From a virus: 64,000 nucleotides of DNA. Below, in pieces: positions 10,326 to 19,819 of the stretch. A model generated the notes under the pieces. It had not been told where the DNA came from, did not search any database, and saw nothing but the letters and a program-made list of their open reading frames with translations. The stretch's first letter is position 1. Each line of letters starts with the position of its first letter. Location: positions 32,001-96,000 of IMG/VR virus record IMGVR_UViG_3300020048_000039; one strand, 5' to 3'. The position numbers were made by a program, and so were the translations under genes.

Positions 10326-10934
10326 ATGAGTGAAAAGGAATACAGTAACGAGTTCAAATTTTCATTACATCAAGGCGATGTTCTACTATGCGAAAACGTA
10401 TTTGATGCCGACCAATTTAATCCCTTTACCAGATATTCTATCGACATTAGGGAAATTTTACCAAGAGCAATTACGAAGTTGCAAAAAACTCTCTCAAAGA
10501 GAAGCTACATAACGGAATTGTCAGATGATATGGATTTTTTCCAGTATCATCAAAAAATGGTTAATCTATATCCTCAAGAATATAGGAGCAATATGCGATA
10601 TAATCCGCAGTCTATTATCCAACAGATTGAAGAAAAAACAATCAGGGGAGTGGAATGTAAAATTGGATTTTATATTAACGATAAGCCAATTGTTGAAAGA
10701 ATTTTCTATGTCAACGAATTTAATCCAGTCGCAAGATGGTCGGCAGATGTTGTTTACACAGTAAGTGAAATCACAGATTCTATCTTCGAGAAGATTAAGA
10801 AAAATGATGTTAAGAACATGTGGGACGACTACGATTTGATTAATATCAGGGGATTATCCATCAATCAGATAAGAGAACTCACACTCTTACAGAGAGAGCA
10901 AATGTTGAGGCGACTCAATAGAAATGCATCTTAG
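10326..10934 (+). CDS. hypothetical protein in the replication cluster
   Basis: 202-aa ORF; no motif recognised. Confidence 0.75.
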   Translation: MSEKEYSNEFKFSLHQGDVLLCENVFDADQFNPFTRYSIDIREILPRAITKLQKTLSKRSYITELSDDMDFFQYHQKMVNLYPQEYRSNMRYNPQSIIQQIEEKTIRGVECKIGFYINDKPIVERIFYVNEFNPVARWSADVVYTVSEITDSIFEKIKKNDVKNMWDDYDLINIRGLSINQIRELTLLQREQMLRRLNRNAS

Positions 10935-11034
10935 TTTACAAAGCATTGGGTAGTCAATTACATAAGGTCTTTCCCACTTCAAGTTATTCCTTTTGTATTG
11001 ACTACCCGTTTTTTTACATTCTTTTATTTTAATA

Positions 11035-13122
11035 ATGAGCGAAATTACAGATAATACGTTAACTGCATATCTCGGTCCTGAATTTCAGCAACACCTAATG
11101 TGGCAGTTGTTGGTAGAACCCGAATATGCTGAAAAAACAATACCATTGTTGGCAATAGAATACTTTGACGACCCTAATTTAAAAAGGTTGTTCATAGTAA
11201 TATTGGAGTTTTTAAAAGAATATCATAAAGTTCCAAATCTACAAAACCAAAGTATTCGTCAGGCAATCAATAAGTATAAGACACCCAATAATGTTATTGA
11301 GGAAGAATCTTTATTTTCTACGATTAATCGTATTGAATTATGGAATCAGAGAATCATTAACAAGGAATTACTACATAATGGTGATGTAATACGAAAAGCT
11401 ACCAATACATTTATTAAACAACAAGAGTACCGTAAGATAGGTGAGTTTATCTTGGATAAAACTAAGAATGGTGAAATAAAGGGTAAAAATACAATTGCAC
11501 GTATTGAAGAAAGGTTTCAAAAGGCTGCACACATTGGTGAAGAAGCTGATGATTGTGAAGAGGTTATTGACAACATTGACACAGCATTGAGAATGGAATT
11601 TCGACAGACTATTGCAACAGGTATTGAAGTAATTGACTCTTTAACTGGTGGTGGTTTGGGTAAAGGTGAAATTGGATTGATATTAACTCCATCAGGTGTT
11701 GGTAAAACAACAATTCTTACAAAAATTGCAAATACTGCATATGAAGACGAAAAAAATGTTGCACAAATAATCTTTGAAGACTCAAAAGACCAAATTAAAC
11801 GTAAGCATTATACTATTTGGACAGGCATTGCATTAAGTGAAACCGATAACAATCTTGAATTAGCAAGAGAAAGAACGCATAAAAAAGCTGATAGTTTAAG
11901 GGGTAAGGGGAGATTAGTAATTAAAAAGTTTAGTCAGGAAGATACGACAATTAAACATGTTCGTGACTGGATGGTTGGTTATGAAAAGAATTACAATATG
12001 AAATTTGACATACTTGTTCTTGATTACCTTGATTGTCTCGAATCACATAAAGACAGTAAAGATAGAAACGAAGATGAATTAGCAATTATTAAGGGTTTTG
12101 AAACACTTGCATCTGACTTCGACATTCCTTGTTGGTCTGCTATTCAAAGTAATCGTTCTGGCTTTGATGCTGAATATGTTCATGCAGGTCAGTCTGGTGG
12201 TAGTATTAAGAGGGTACAGAAAGCTCACTTTTTCATGAGTGTAGCTAAGACACAAACACAGAAAGAAGCGCATTTAGCCAACATTATGATTCTCAAAGCA
12301 AGGTTTGCGAGTGATGGTCAGGTGTTTAATGATGTATTATTTAATAATGATACTATGGAAATTAGAATCGAAGATGATAGATACAAGTATAACAAATTAG
12401 GTAAAGGAAAGAAGAAATATGGCGAAGTAGACCTATCAAACATGGAGACTAAGGCAAGTGATATGAGTAAAATTAACGTAGCTGTTGGTAGTCCATATTC
12501 TGTTTATGATGCTATTGATAGAGCAAATATTGAAACTGTTGGTGATGTTAAAACAGATGCGTTGTTTGCCGATATGACAAGTAAACATAACGAATTTAAG
12601 GGATTGACACCGAATGATGGATTCAATAAACCAATGGGAATTGATGTAGAAGCTGAAATTACCAAAATGGCTGTTGATGAAACGACTATACAGTGTGGTA
12701 TTGATGTTCATGATGAACTAAATAAAATGTTGCGTGGCGATGCTGATTTTATAAGTAAGATGGAAGAAATTGAAGAAAACCAGAAGTTGGCACAAATCTC
12801 AGTAGATATTGTACATGAGGGAGCAACTGAGGGAGCAACTGAGGGAATAAGTGAGGGAGTAATTAAGGGAATAAAACACGTAAACCCTAATGATACTGTA
12901 AATGATACAGTAAGGGATGCTGTAAATGAGGGAGCAAATGAGGGAGCAAATTGGCATCCAGAAGCCGACTTTCATGAACAGCAAATAATCGAGGATTCTG
13001 AAATTGTTGGGGATATTGAAGATTTTTTACTTGACCCCGATGCTGTGATTGAAAGTAGTGATAGTGTGAAAAATATTTTATTGAAAGAACGTGATAAACA
13101 AAATGTTTTAAAGAAAGCCTAA
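11035..13122 (+). CDS. replicative DnaB/gp41-like helicase with long acidic C-terminal extension
   Basis: Walker A TPSGVGKTT, Walker B LVLDYLD, WSAIQSNR, LKARF. Confidence 0.9.
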   Translation: MSEITDNTLTAYLGPEFQQHLMWQLLVEPEYAEKTIPLLAIEYFDDPNLKRLFIVILEFLKEYHKVPNLQNQSIRQAINKYKTPNNVIEEESLFSTINRIELWNQRIINKELLHNGDVIRKATNTFIKQQEYRKIGEFILDKTKNGEIKGKNTIARIEERFQKAAHIGEEADDCEEVIDNIDTALRMEFRQTIATGIEVIDSLTGGGLGKGEIGLILTPSGVGKTTILTKIANTAYEDEKNVAQIIFEDSKDQIKRKHYTIWTGIALSETDNNLELARERTHKKADSLRGKGRLVIKKFSQEDTTIKHVRDWMVGYEKNYNMKFDILVLDYLDCLESHKDSKDRNEDELAIIKGFETLASDFDIPCWSAIQSNRSGFDAEYVHAGQSGGSIKRVQKAHFFMSVAKTQTQKEAHLANIMILKARFASDGQVFNDVLFNNDTMEIRIEDDRYKYNKLGKGKKKYGEVDLSNMETKASDMSKINVAVGSPYSVYDAIDRANIETVGDVKTDALFADMTSKHNEFKGLTPNDGFNKPMGIDVEAEITKMAVDETTIQCGIDVHDELNKMLRGDADFISKMEEIEENQKLAQISVDIVHEGATEGATEGISEGVIKGIKHVNPNDTVNDTVRDAVNEGANEGANWHPEADFHEQQIIEDSEIVGDIEDFLLDPDAVIESSDSVKNILLKERDKQNVLKKA

Positions 13123-13182
13123 CTTTTGGAATTTTCAGCGTATTTATAATCCCAAGTGGACAGTTCTTAAATAAAAATATAT

Positions 13183-13254
13183 TGCGGGGTGGAGCAGAGG
13201 TAGCTCGTGAGAATCATAATCTTAAGGTCGTGGGTTCGAATCCCACTCCCGCTA
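13183..13254 (+). tRNA. trnM: tRNA-Met(CAT) with initiator-like acceptor and D arms; CCA not encoded
   Basis: Cloverleaf: TGCGGGG/TCCCGCT (1:72 mismatch), D stem GAGC/GCTC, anticodon arm TGAGA-ATCATAA-TCTTA (CAT at 13215-13217), T arm GTGGG-TTCGAAT-CCCAC; discriminator A followed by CAA. Confidence 0.9.
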
Positions 13255-13421
13255 CAAATATACACAGTAAAGCCTCTTGCGAAAGCAATGTAACTGTGTT
13301 TAACTTTTTTGGTTGTTGGTATCAGTGTTTTTAGCAAAAAACGGGGCATACCGCCTAACATTTAATTTATTGGTCAAGAATGGTTTTTGTCGGCATTTGT
13401 CGATTTTTTTCAAAAAATAAG

Positions 13422-13454
13422 AAACCCTACAGGTGAAAACTTGTAGGGTTTTTT
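13422..13454 (+). terminator. intrinsic terminator
   Basis: 13-bp stem AAACCCTACAGGT/ACTTGTAGGGTTT with a GAAA loop and T-run. Confidence 0.8.
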
Positions 13455-13509
13455 CGTTTTATCATGTTTTTAATTTAATTTTCAGGTATTTATTGTAAAC
13501 ATAACCGAA

Positions 13510-14241
13510 GTGAAAACTTCGGAATTGCTAATTAGGGGTACGGTTTGCACTTTACGAAATATGGATAAGAAAATGTATGTATATAATCAAAATTATAACT
13601 CGTTTTTTGGGTCTGAATTAGACATTGTTGAAATAAACAACGAAAAAAAGAGTAAACGCTTAACCAATGAAGAATTTATTAAAAGAGCAAATAATGTTCA
13701 TGATAATAGATTTGATTATTCTGAATGTGTGTATATGAATATGTCAACAAAAATTAGTGTAATTTGTAAAAGACATAATGTTAAATTCACTCAAACACCA
13801 GCTAATCATTTACACGGTTCTGTCGGTTGTCCCATTTGTAATAAGAATATTAGACCAAGAATTGTGCGAAAAATATGGATAAAAAGAGTAGTTGAAAAAA
13901 TTGAGAAAATTGGTAGTGTCGGTGAAAAACTAATCGAATGTTGGCTAAATAAAAATTCAATTAACTATGAAAAGCAAAAAACTTTTGATGGTTGTAAGAA
14001 TTATAGAAAATTAAGATATGATTTTTATTTACCAGAACAAAATATTCTTATTGAATATGATGGTAGACAACATTTTAGTAGTGTTAAATGTTTTGGGGGT
14101 GAATCTGAATTTATAAAACAACTAATTAACGATAAGATAAAAACTGAATATGCTTTAAATAATGGATATTATTTGTTGCGTATACCATATACTGAAAGAA
14201 AAAATCTTTTAGAAATATTAAAAAATAACATAGAAAATTAA
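13510..14241 (+). CDS. free-standing putative homing endonuclease (Zn-binding repeat + PD-(D/E)XK/Vsr-like C-terminus)
   Basis: FIKRANNVHDNRFDYS..Y...ICKRH...HLHG.GCPIC and LRYDFYLPEQNILIEYDGRQH...LLRIPY; GTG start (ATG 13561 is an alternative). Confidence 0.8.
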   Translation: MKTSELLIRGTVCTLRNMDKKMYVYNQNYNSFFGSELDIVEINNEKKSKRLTNEEFIKRANNVHDNRFDYSECVYMNMSTKISVICKRHNVKFTQTPANHLHGSVGCPICNKNIRPRIVRKIWIKRVVEKIEKIGSVGEKLIECWLNKNSINYEKQKTFDGCKNYRKLRYDFYLPEQNILIEYDGRQHFSSVKCFGGESEFIKQLINDKIKTEYALNNGYYLLRIPYTERKNLLEILKNNIEN

Positions 14242-14252
14242 AACAAATAATT

Positions 14253-15434
14253 ATGCCATTTTTCGCAAGACCAAATTTAAGTGATGAACAATTTAAGCAA
14301 TTAGATGGTTCTGATAATATTTTGACGTTATCGGGTCAAACACGTATAGCTACAGTAAGTGGTTTAACGTTAACCAATGGTTCAGGTGGCTATGTACCAA
14401 TTACATTAAGTGGGGCAAGTTCTATTACTAATAATTATGTGCTAACATATCGAGACGATATTAAAAAGGTCGTGTTGAGGTCTGGTGGTACTGGTGGTGG
14501 TGGAGGTATTTATCCATATAACGAGTCTGCTACAACAACTGTGGGTGGTCTACCTTCTGGTACTAATCTATATAATGTACAGGTTGTTGATATTCTACAA
14601 GAAATATTAGTACCAACAATTACTCCAACAACAACAAATCCATCTGCCACATTTGGTCTCACAATTACACCAACATTATCAATTCCTCTTGTACGTGAAG
14701 TTGGTGCAACGATAATGGTAACTGGAACAAGTTATTTTAATAGAGGTAGTGTTTCGCCACTGTATTATGGTACTTGTTGTTTTAGAAGCGGATTACCAAC
14801 CTCGTTTGGATATTTTGAAAATAGTCCTGTGGGAACTAATGTAAGTACAATTTCACCAGATAAATATGTTTTTGGTTCATATTTAGTTAAATTAAATAGT
14901 AACTATTTTGGTAGTAAAGTTTATTATTCATCTGGGGAAACGCCAATATACAGGAGTAATGGCACTGTTGTTACAGGTGTTACAGGTACATTACCATCAG
15001 GTTGTACTCCATCTACTAATGTATATAATTGTTCTATTATCACTGGTACATATCCTTGGTATTGGGGTACTGGTACTACTGCACCAACAATAGGACAAAC
15101 ATTACTTGATAGTTATGTTTGTAAATGTGTTGCAAGCAGTTCTGGCTCAATAACTGTTGATAATTTCAATGCTGCTGGTCAATATATTTGGTTTGCAACG
15201 CCAGCAGCGTCTCCAGAAAGATTGTGTTGGCAAGATGCTGTACTTTCATCAAATAATGGCTTCATACCGGGTGTATTATGGGCAGCACCACAACTATATA
15301 GTGTAAAATCACCTGAAAATTGTTGGGGCGTACCTGCTGCAACAGTAAGTCCATCACCTGTTTCATATAGATTTTATGTTAGTAACTATGCAACAAGTGT
15401 AAGTAGTGGTATGATAATTAGTAAATGTAATTAA
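14253..15434 (+). CDS. putative tail fibre/virion protein
   Basis: N-terminal PNLSDEQFKQ shared with other fibres; VGGLPSGT...ILQEILVP and PWYWG...YIWFA modules shared with 15445. Confidence 0.65.
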   Translation: MPFFARPNLSDEQFKQLDGSDNILTLSGQTRIATVSGLTLTNGSGGYVPITLSGASSITNNYVLTYRDDIKKVVLRSGGTGGGGGIYPYNESATTTVGGLPSGTNLYNVQVVDILQEILVPTITPTTTNPSATFGLTITPTLSIPLVREVGATIMVTGTSYFNRGSVSPLYYGTCCFRSGLPTSFGYFENSPVGTNVSTISPDKYVFGSYLVKLNSNYFGSKVYYSSGETPIYRSNGTVVTGVTGTLPSGCTPSTNVYNCSIITGTYPWYWGTGTTAPTIGQTLLDSYVCKCVASSSGSITVDNFNAAGQYIWFATPAASPERLCWQDAVLSSNNGFIPGVLWAAPQLYSVKSPENCWGVPAATVSPSPVSYRFYVSNYATSVSSGMIISKCN

Positions 15435-15444
15435 AATATAAGAT

Positions 15445-17334
15445 ATGGCACAATATAATGAAAATATAACACTCGCAGCACCAAATCCATTAGATAGGAG
15501 ATATTTAAGTCTTAGAACATCTGCTGGTAGTCAATTACCATATTCGGGTTTAAGTGAAGTATATTTAAGAGTTCCACTTACTGTAAGATATAGTGGTCTA
15601 ACAGTTCTTGTTCGTACAGGCACAACAAATGTTGAATTTTGGTTTAAAAATGGTATCCAAGACTCAAATTTAATTGAAAAGAAATATGATTCTACTCTTC
15701 CATTAACTGATTATGTTACTGGTGGAACGAATTTAGGATATTTCAGTGGATATACGGGTGTTCAAACACTACCTATTGACCATTTAACGACTAATGCTTA
15801 TGATGGTAACTATCGTTCTCTCTATAATTATTATTTTAGGGATAGTAATGGATTTATTCAAATTGGTACTCCAAGTGATGGTATTCCAAAGAGAGGATAT
15901 TTAAGAGAACCAACTATTATAAGTCCAGTACATAAATCTTGGATTTGGAATGAATATATCGGTAGTACGCTTGGTGGTACACAAGTTGGTTGGATATTAA
16001 TTGATGGAGATATTTCAAGTATGGTAGGCACATATCAATTTGGTATTGTATATTATATATTTCCATATGCTCATACAGAAACTGCATATGTTGCTGGAAC
16101 ACCATACCCAAGTTTATCAAATGTTAGTATAAATGCAGTAGTAGGTAGTTTAACTACTGGAAGTACAATTGCAGTTGGTAGTAGACCATTTGCGTTTCAA
16201 GAACACAATAATTTACATTTTAGAACGATTGTCAGTGATACTCCAACTATAATTTCTACTTGGGATGATAGTACACTCATACATATTTCTGGTGCATCAT
16301 CAACTGCAAATGCAGTTAATGTTGGTGGTAGTGTTAATGTTTATAGTGGTCAAACTGGCACAACATTTATATTTAAAACACTTGTCGGAAGTGGAGATAC
16401 AATAGTTAGCGACCACGGAAATTATGTGGTAATTGCTTCAACTGGTGGTGATAGTGGAACATATAATTTAGATTCTCCAGCCGTGTGTCAGGTTGGTGGT
16501 ATTAATATTGGTACTGTATTAACAGGAAAGACAGCATTTCAGCTATTTGAAGAAATATTAGTTCCAGTACAATATCCAACATTAACTGCTCCGACTGTAG
16601 CAATTAGTTTGTCCCCATCTACTACATTATATGAAATTGGTTGTTCAATTTCTATTTTAGCTATTACTGGAACATTTAATGCTGGCAGTATTGCTCCACA
16701 ATATATTGCTGTCAGTTCATGTAGAAGCAATGGTGTTAGTTCATATTGTTTCATCGGCACACCAATAACTGGTATCTATCCCGATTCAAATGTAACTAAA
16801 ACAATAAATGTGCCATCATATTCAATACTTAGTGGTGCACAAACATGGAGTGTTAAAGCATGTCACTTGGTTGGTGTTCAACCTTTTGATAGTAAGGGTG
16901 TTGCTTATAGCACACCGTTAAGTGTTGGTGAAACAGTGCTTGATAGTGCAACAATTACTGGTATATTGCCATATTATTGGGGTATGAGTTCAACAATAAA
17001 TCCAGATGCTGCTTGTATTGCAAATTGTGGTTGTACCAGTGATGGTGCTAAAGTACTTCAAAATGTTACAACAGACCCATTTCCAATTACGTTTAACAGT
17101 AATGCGAATGATTATATTTGGTTTGCATTGCCTGAATGTGCAGCAACAAAAACTTGCTGGTGTGTAAATGGTACTAATAATGGTACTATTGGTGGTGTTG
17201 GCAATTTATTTGCTGCTCCATATACATGTAGCATTAATTCAGCAGAATTATGCTGGTCAGGTTGCAATTATGAAATATATGTAAGTTGTGGTAAAACAGG
17301 AACAGCAGCAGGAGTACCAATGTACATAAGTTAA
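15445..17334 (+). CDS. putative tail fibre/virion protein
   Basis: G/T/S-rich; AAPNPLDRRY N-terminus similar to 17356; C-terminal module paralogous to 14253. Confidence 0.65.
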   Translation: MAQYNENITLAAPNPLDRRYLSLRTSAGSQLPYSGLSEVYLRVPLTVRYSGLTVLVRTGTTNVEFWFKNGIQDSNLIEKKYDSTLPLTDYVTGGTNLGYFSGYTGVQTLPIDHLTTNAYDGNYRSLYNYYFRDSNGFIQIGTPSDGIPKRGYLREPTIISPVHKSWIWNEYIGSTLGGTQVGWILIDGDISSMVGTYQFGIVYYIFPYAHTETAYVAGTPYPSLSNVSINAVVGSLTTGSTIAVGSRPFAFQEHNNLHFRTIVSDTPTIISTWDDSTLIHISGASSTANAVNVGGSVNVYSGQTGTTFIFKTLVGSGDTIVSDHGNYVVIASTGGDSGTYNLDSPAVCQVGGINIGTVLTGKTAFQLFEEILVPVQYPTLTAPTVAISLSPSTTLYEIGCSISILAITGTFNAGSIAPQYIAVSSCRSNGVSSYCFIGTPITGIYPDSNVTKTINVPSYSILSGAQTWSVKACHLVGVQPFDSKGVAYSTPLSVGETVLDSATITGILPYYWGMSSTINPDAACIANCGCTSDGAKVLQNVTTDPFPITFNSNANDYIWFALPECAATKTCWCVNGTNNGTIGGVGNLFAAPYTCSINSAELCWSGCNYEIYVSCGKTGTAAGVPMYIS

Positions 17335-17355
17335 AAATATTAAAACTAAAAAAGA

Positions 17356-19722
17356 ATGGCAATAATTATAAATGATAACTTGGCTATTAACGTAGGAAAA
17401 CCTGTTGATAGCAAGTACATGAACATCGCAACACCGTGGACATCGGTTCTTGATGCTAATACGAATATTCCCTTGTCTTATAGATATTTGGGATTAACAG
17501 TTAATGTTAATAATGTTGAATATTGGTATCAAAATAGTCTTGCTGATGTTGGCTTGGTTATTAAATCATTAGGTGGTACATTAACTGGTGCAACAAATGG
17601 TTTAACTATAGCTGGTGCAAAAGTGAGATTAGGTGGTACAATAACGGGAACAACTACATTTATTGATAGTAGATTAGCTCCAAGAGGTCTTGAATATGGT
17701 GCTGATTATAGCACTACATTTACAGCACGTTCACTTGTTGATAGAGGATATGTTGATGGTGTTGCAAGTGGATTAAAGGCAAAAGAAGCTGTATTGGTAG
17801 CAAGTAGTAGTAATGTAACTCCATTCCTACCAACTGGCTTAACTACTTTTGATGGTGTACCATTATCTGTTGGTGATAGAATATTATTTAAAAATCAAAT
17901 AAATGGTATTGAAAATGGTATTTACAGCGCAAGTACTGGAACTTGGGGTCGTACTGATGACTTTGATGGCACACCAAGTGGTGAAGTAGCAAGTGGAGTA
18001 TATATGTGGGTTTTAAGCGGTAATACTAATAAAGGTACTGCGTGGGTTCTAAATACAGATAATCCAATAATTGGTCTTTCTGCGTTAACATTTGTACAAT
18101 TTAATCAGGTTGCTGGTCTTACTGGTGGAGTTGGTATTATTGTTAGTGCACAAACTGGAAATTATATAATTAGTTTTGATGGTGCTAATGTAGCTGGCAG
18201 TGGTTTAACTTGGAATGGCACACAATTAAATGTTGTTGATATTTCAGATATGAGTGGCGCAACAAATGGCTTAACAAGAGTTGGTGCTAATGCTACTCTT
18301 GGTGGAACGTTAACTGGTAATACTTTTATTGAATTACCAGTTGGTGTTAAAAGAAGTTTCATTGTCGGTCAAGATGATACTAACTGGCATGGTGGTAGAA
18401 TTGAGGTTTGTACGGATAGTATCCTCACAGGTGATACTGCATTTATTGGTGCAAGACACGATGCCACGTGTTATAGTCAAATTCAAATAACAGCCATGTC
18501 TGGAATGACAATGACAAGTTGTTATGAAGGTGGTTCGTATGGTGATTCACACTTAGTAAGACTTGGTAATCGTGCATTAGAATATGGTGGTAATTATTAC
18601 TCAGACTTCAACACAAACCCACGTAGTATTCCTGATGTGGCATTTGTAACTGGTCAAACTGGCTCAATAAGTGCTGTAAACGGATTAAATAGAAGCGGAA
18701 ATAATGTAGTTCTTGGTGGCTCAATGACTGGTGACACTGTGATTAATGGTGTTGGTTATGATTTGTCTTTAGGTAGTTCATCAAACAGATTTGATAAAAT
18801 ATGTCTTGATGCACAAGGAATTTTAATGAATTCAAGTGGTGCAACATATATTGATGCAAGAATAAATCCAGCTACGCAAAGTGCTATTGAATATGGTGCT
18901 TGTTATCATGCTGGCTATACAAATCGTACCCTTGTTGATAAAGAATATGTTGATATTAAAGTTGTTTCTACCATTCCTGTTACTGGTGCTACAAATGGCT
19001 TGACTTTAACCAATAGTAAAGTTATTCTTGGTGGTGCTTTAACTGGCACAACAACTGTTAACATAAATAATAACAGTCTTAGGTTTATTTCTGATAGTGG
19101 TACAACATATGGATTGGTTAACATAGGTATGAATAGTACATATGCTAATTCAAAAATAGGCATATGTTCACGTGACGGCAGTGGTGCAATTTGGGGATGG
19201 TCGGGAAATTCAACAATACTTATATCATATCATTACGCAAATGCAACCAACGGCAACAGTATTTCAATCAACAACAGTAATATTGTAATGTCAAATTTAA
19301 CTGGTGCTTCCCCCAAAACAGTTTGTTTGGGCACATCGGGTATGACATATGCAGCATGTTATCATCCATCATATAGTAGCCGTTCGTTAGTTGATAAAGA
19401 ATTTGTTCAGAATTGCGTTGCTGAAATGTCAAATATTATTCATGTTACAAACACTGGTGTTGCTGGTTATACTGCAACATTAGCAGACGATTTTATTGGT
19501 GTCAGCGGTTCAACATGTGTTTGTTTATACCCTACACCAATCCAAGGACAGAAGGTTATTGTTTCTGATATTTGTGGAAATGCTTTAAATACACAAATAT
19601 TTATTAATGGCAATGGTAAGAAAATCAATGATGGTCTAATTTCAACAATTAGTACTAACTATGGTGCTGTTACCTATATATATAATGGATATTGTTGGAG
19701 TACAATAGCTTTTGTTAATTAA
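17356..19722 (+). CDS. putative tail fibre protein
   Basis: Repeated GATNGLT..G..V.LGG.LTG.T and YG..Y...RSLVD..YV modules; DGVPLSVGDRILFKNQ..ENGIY domain typical of phage fibres. Confidence 0.75.
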   Translation: MAIIINDNLAINVGKPVDSKYMNIATPWTSVLDANTNIPLSYRYLGLTVNVNNVEYWYQNSLADVGLVIKSLGGTLTGATNGLTIAGAKVRLGGTITGTTTFIDSRLAPRGLEYGADYSTTFTARSLVDRGYVDGVASGLKAKEAVLVASSSNVTPFLPTGLTTFDGVPLSVGDRILFKNQINGIENGIYSASTGTWGRTDDFDGTPSGEVASGVYMWVLSGNTNKGTAWVLNTDNPIIGLSALTFVQFNQVAGLTGGVGIIVSAQTGNYIISFDGANVAGSGLTWNGTQLNVVDISDMSGATNGLTRVGANATLGGTLTGNTFIELPVGVKRSFIVGQDDTNWHGGRIEVCTDSILTGDTAFIGARHDATCYSQIQITAMSGMTMTSCYEGGSYGDSHLVRLGNRALEYGGNYYSDFNTNPRSIPDVAFVTGQTGSISAVNGLNRSGNNVVLGGSMTGDTVINGVGYDLSLGSSSNRFDKICLDAQGILMNSSGATYIDARINPATQSAIEYGACYHAGYTNRTLVDKEYVDIKVVSTIPVTGATNGLTLTNSKVILGGALTGTTTVNINNNSLRFISDSGTTYGLVNIGMNSTYANSKIGICSRDGSGAIWGWSGNSTILISYHYANATNGNSISINNSNIVMSNLTGASPKTVCLGTSGMTYAACYHPSYSSRSLVDKEFVQNCVAEMSNIIHVTNTGVAGYTATLADDFIGVSGSTCVCLYPTPIQGQKVIVSDICGNALNTQIFINGNGKKINDGLISTISTNYGAVTYIYNGYCWSTIAFVN

Positions 19723-19819
19723 TGATTGCTGAAAATTAAGTGAATTTACTGAGATAATTTACTGCAATTATAACTAATTTATATTAAGCGGAAAATAGAA
19801 AAAAATAAAATAGAAAATT

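Noticed and set aside
13183-13254. tRNA-Ile2 (lysidine-modified CAT)
   Set aside because: The 1:72 mismatch, A11:T24 and overall similarity to tRNA-fMet favour Met; this is not formally excluded
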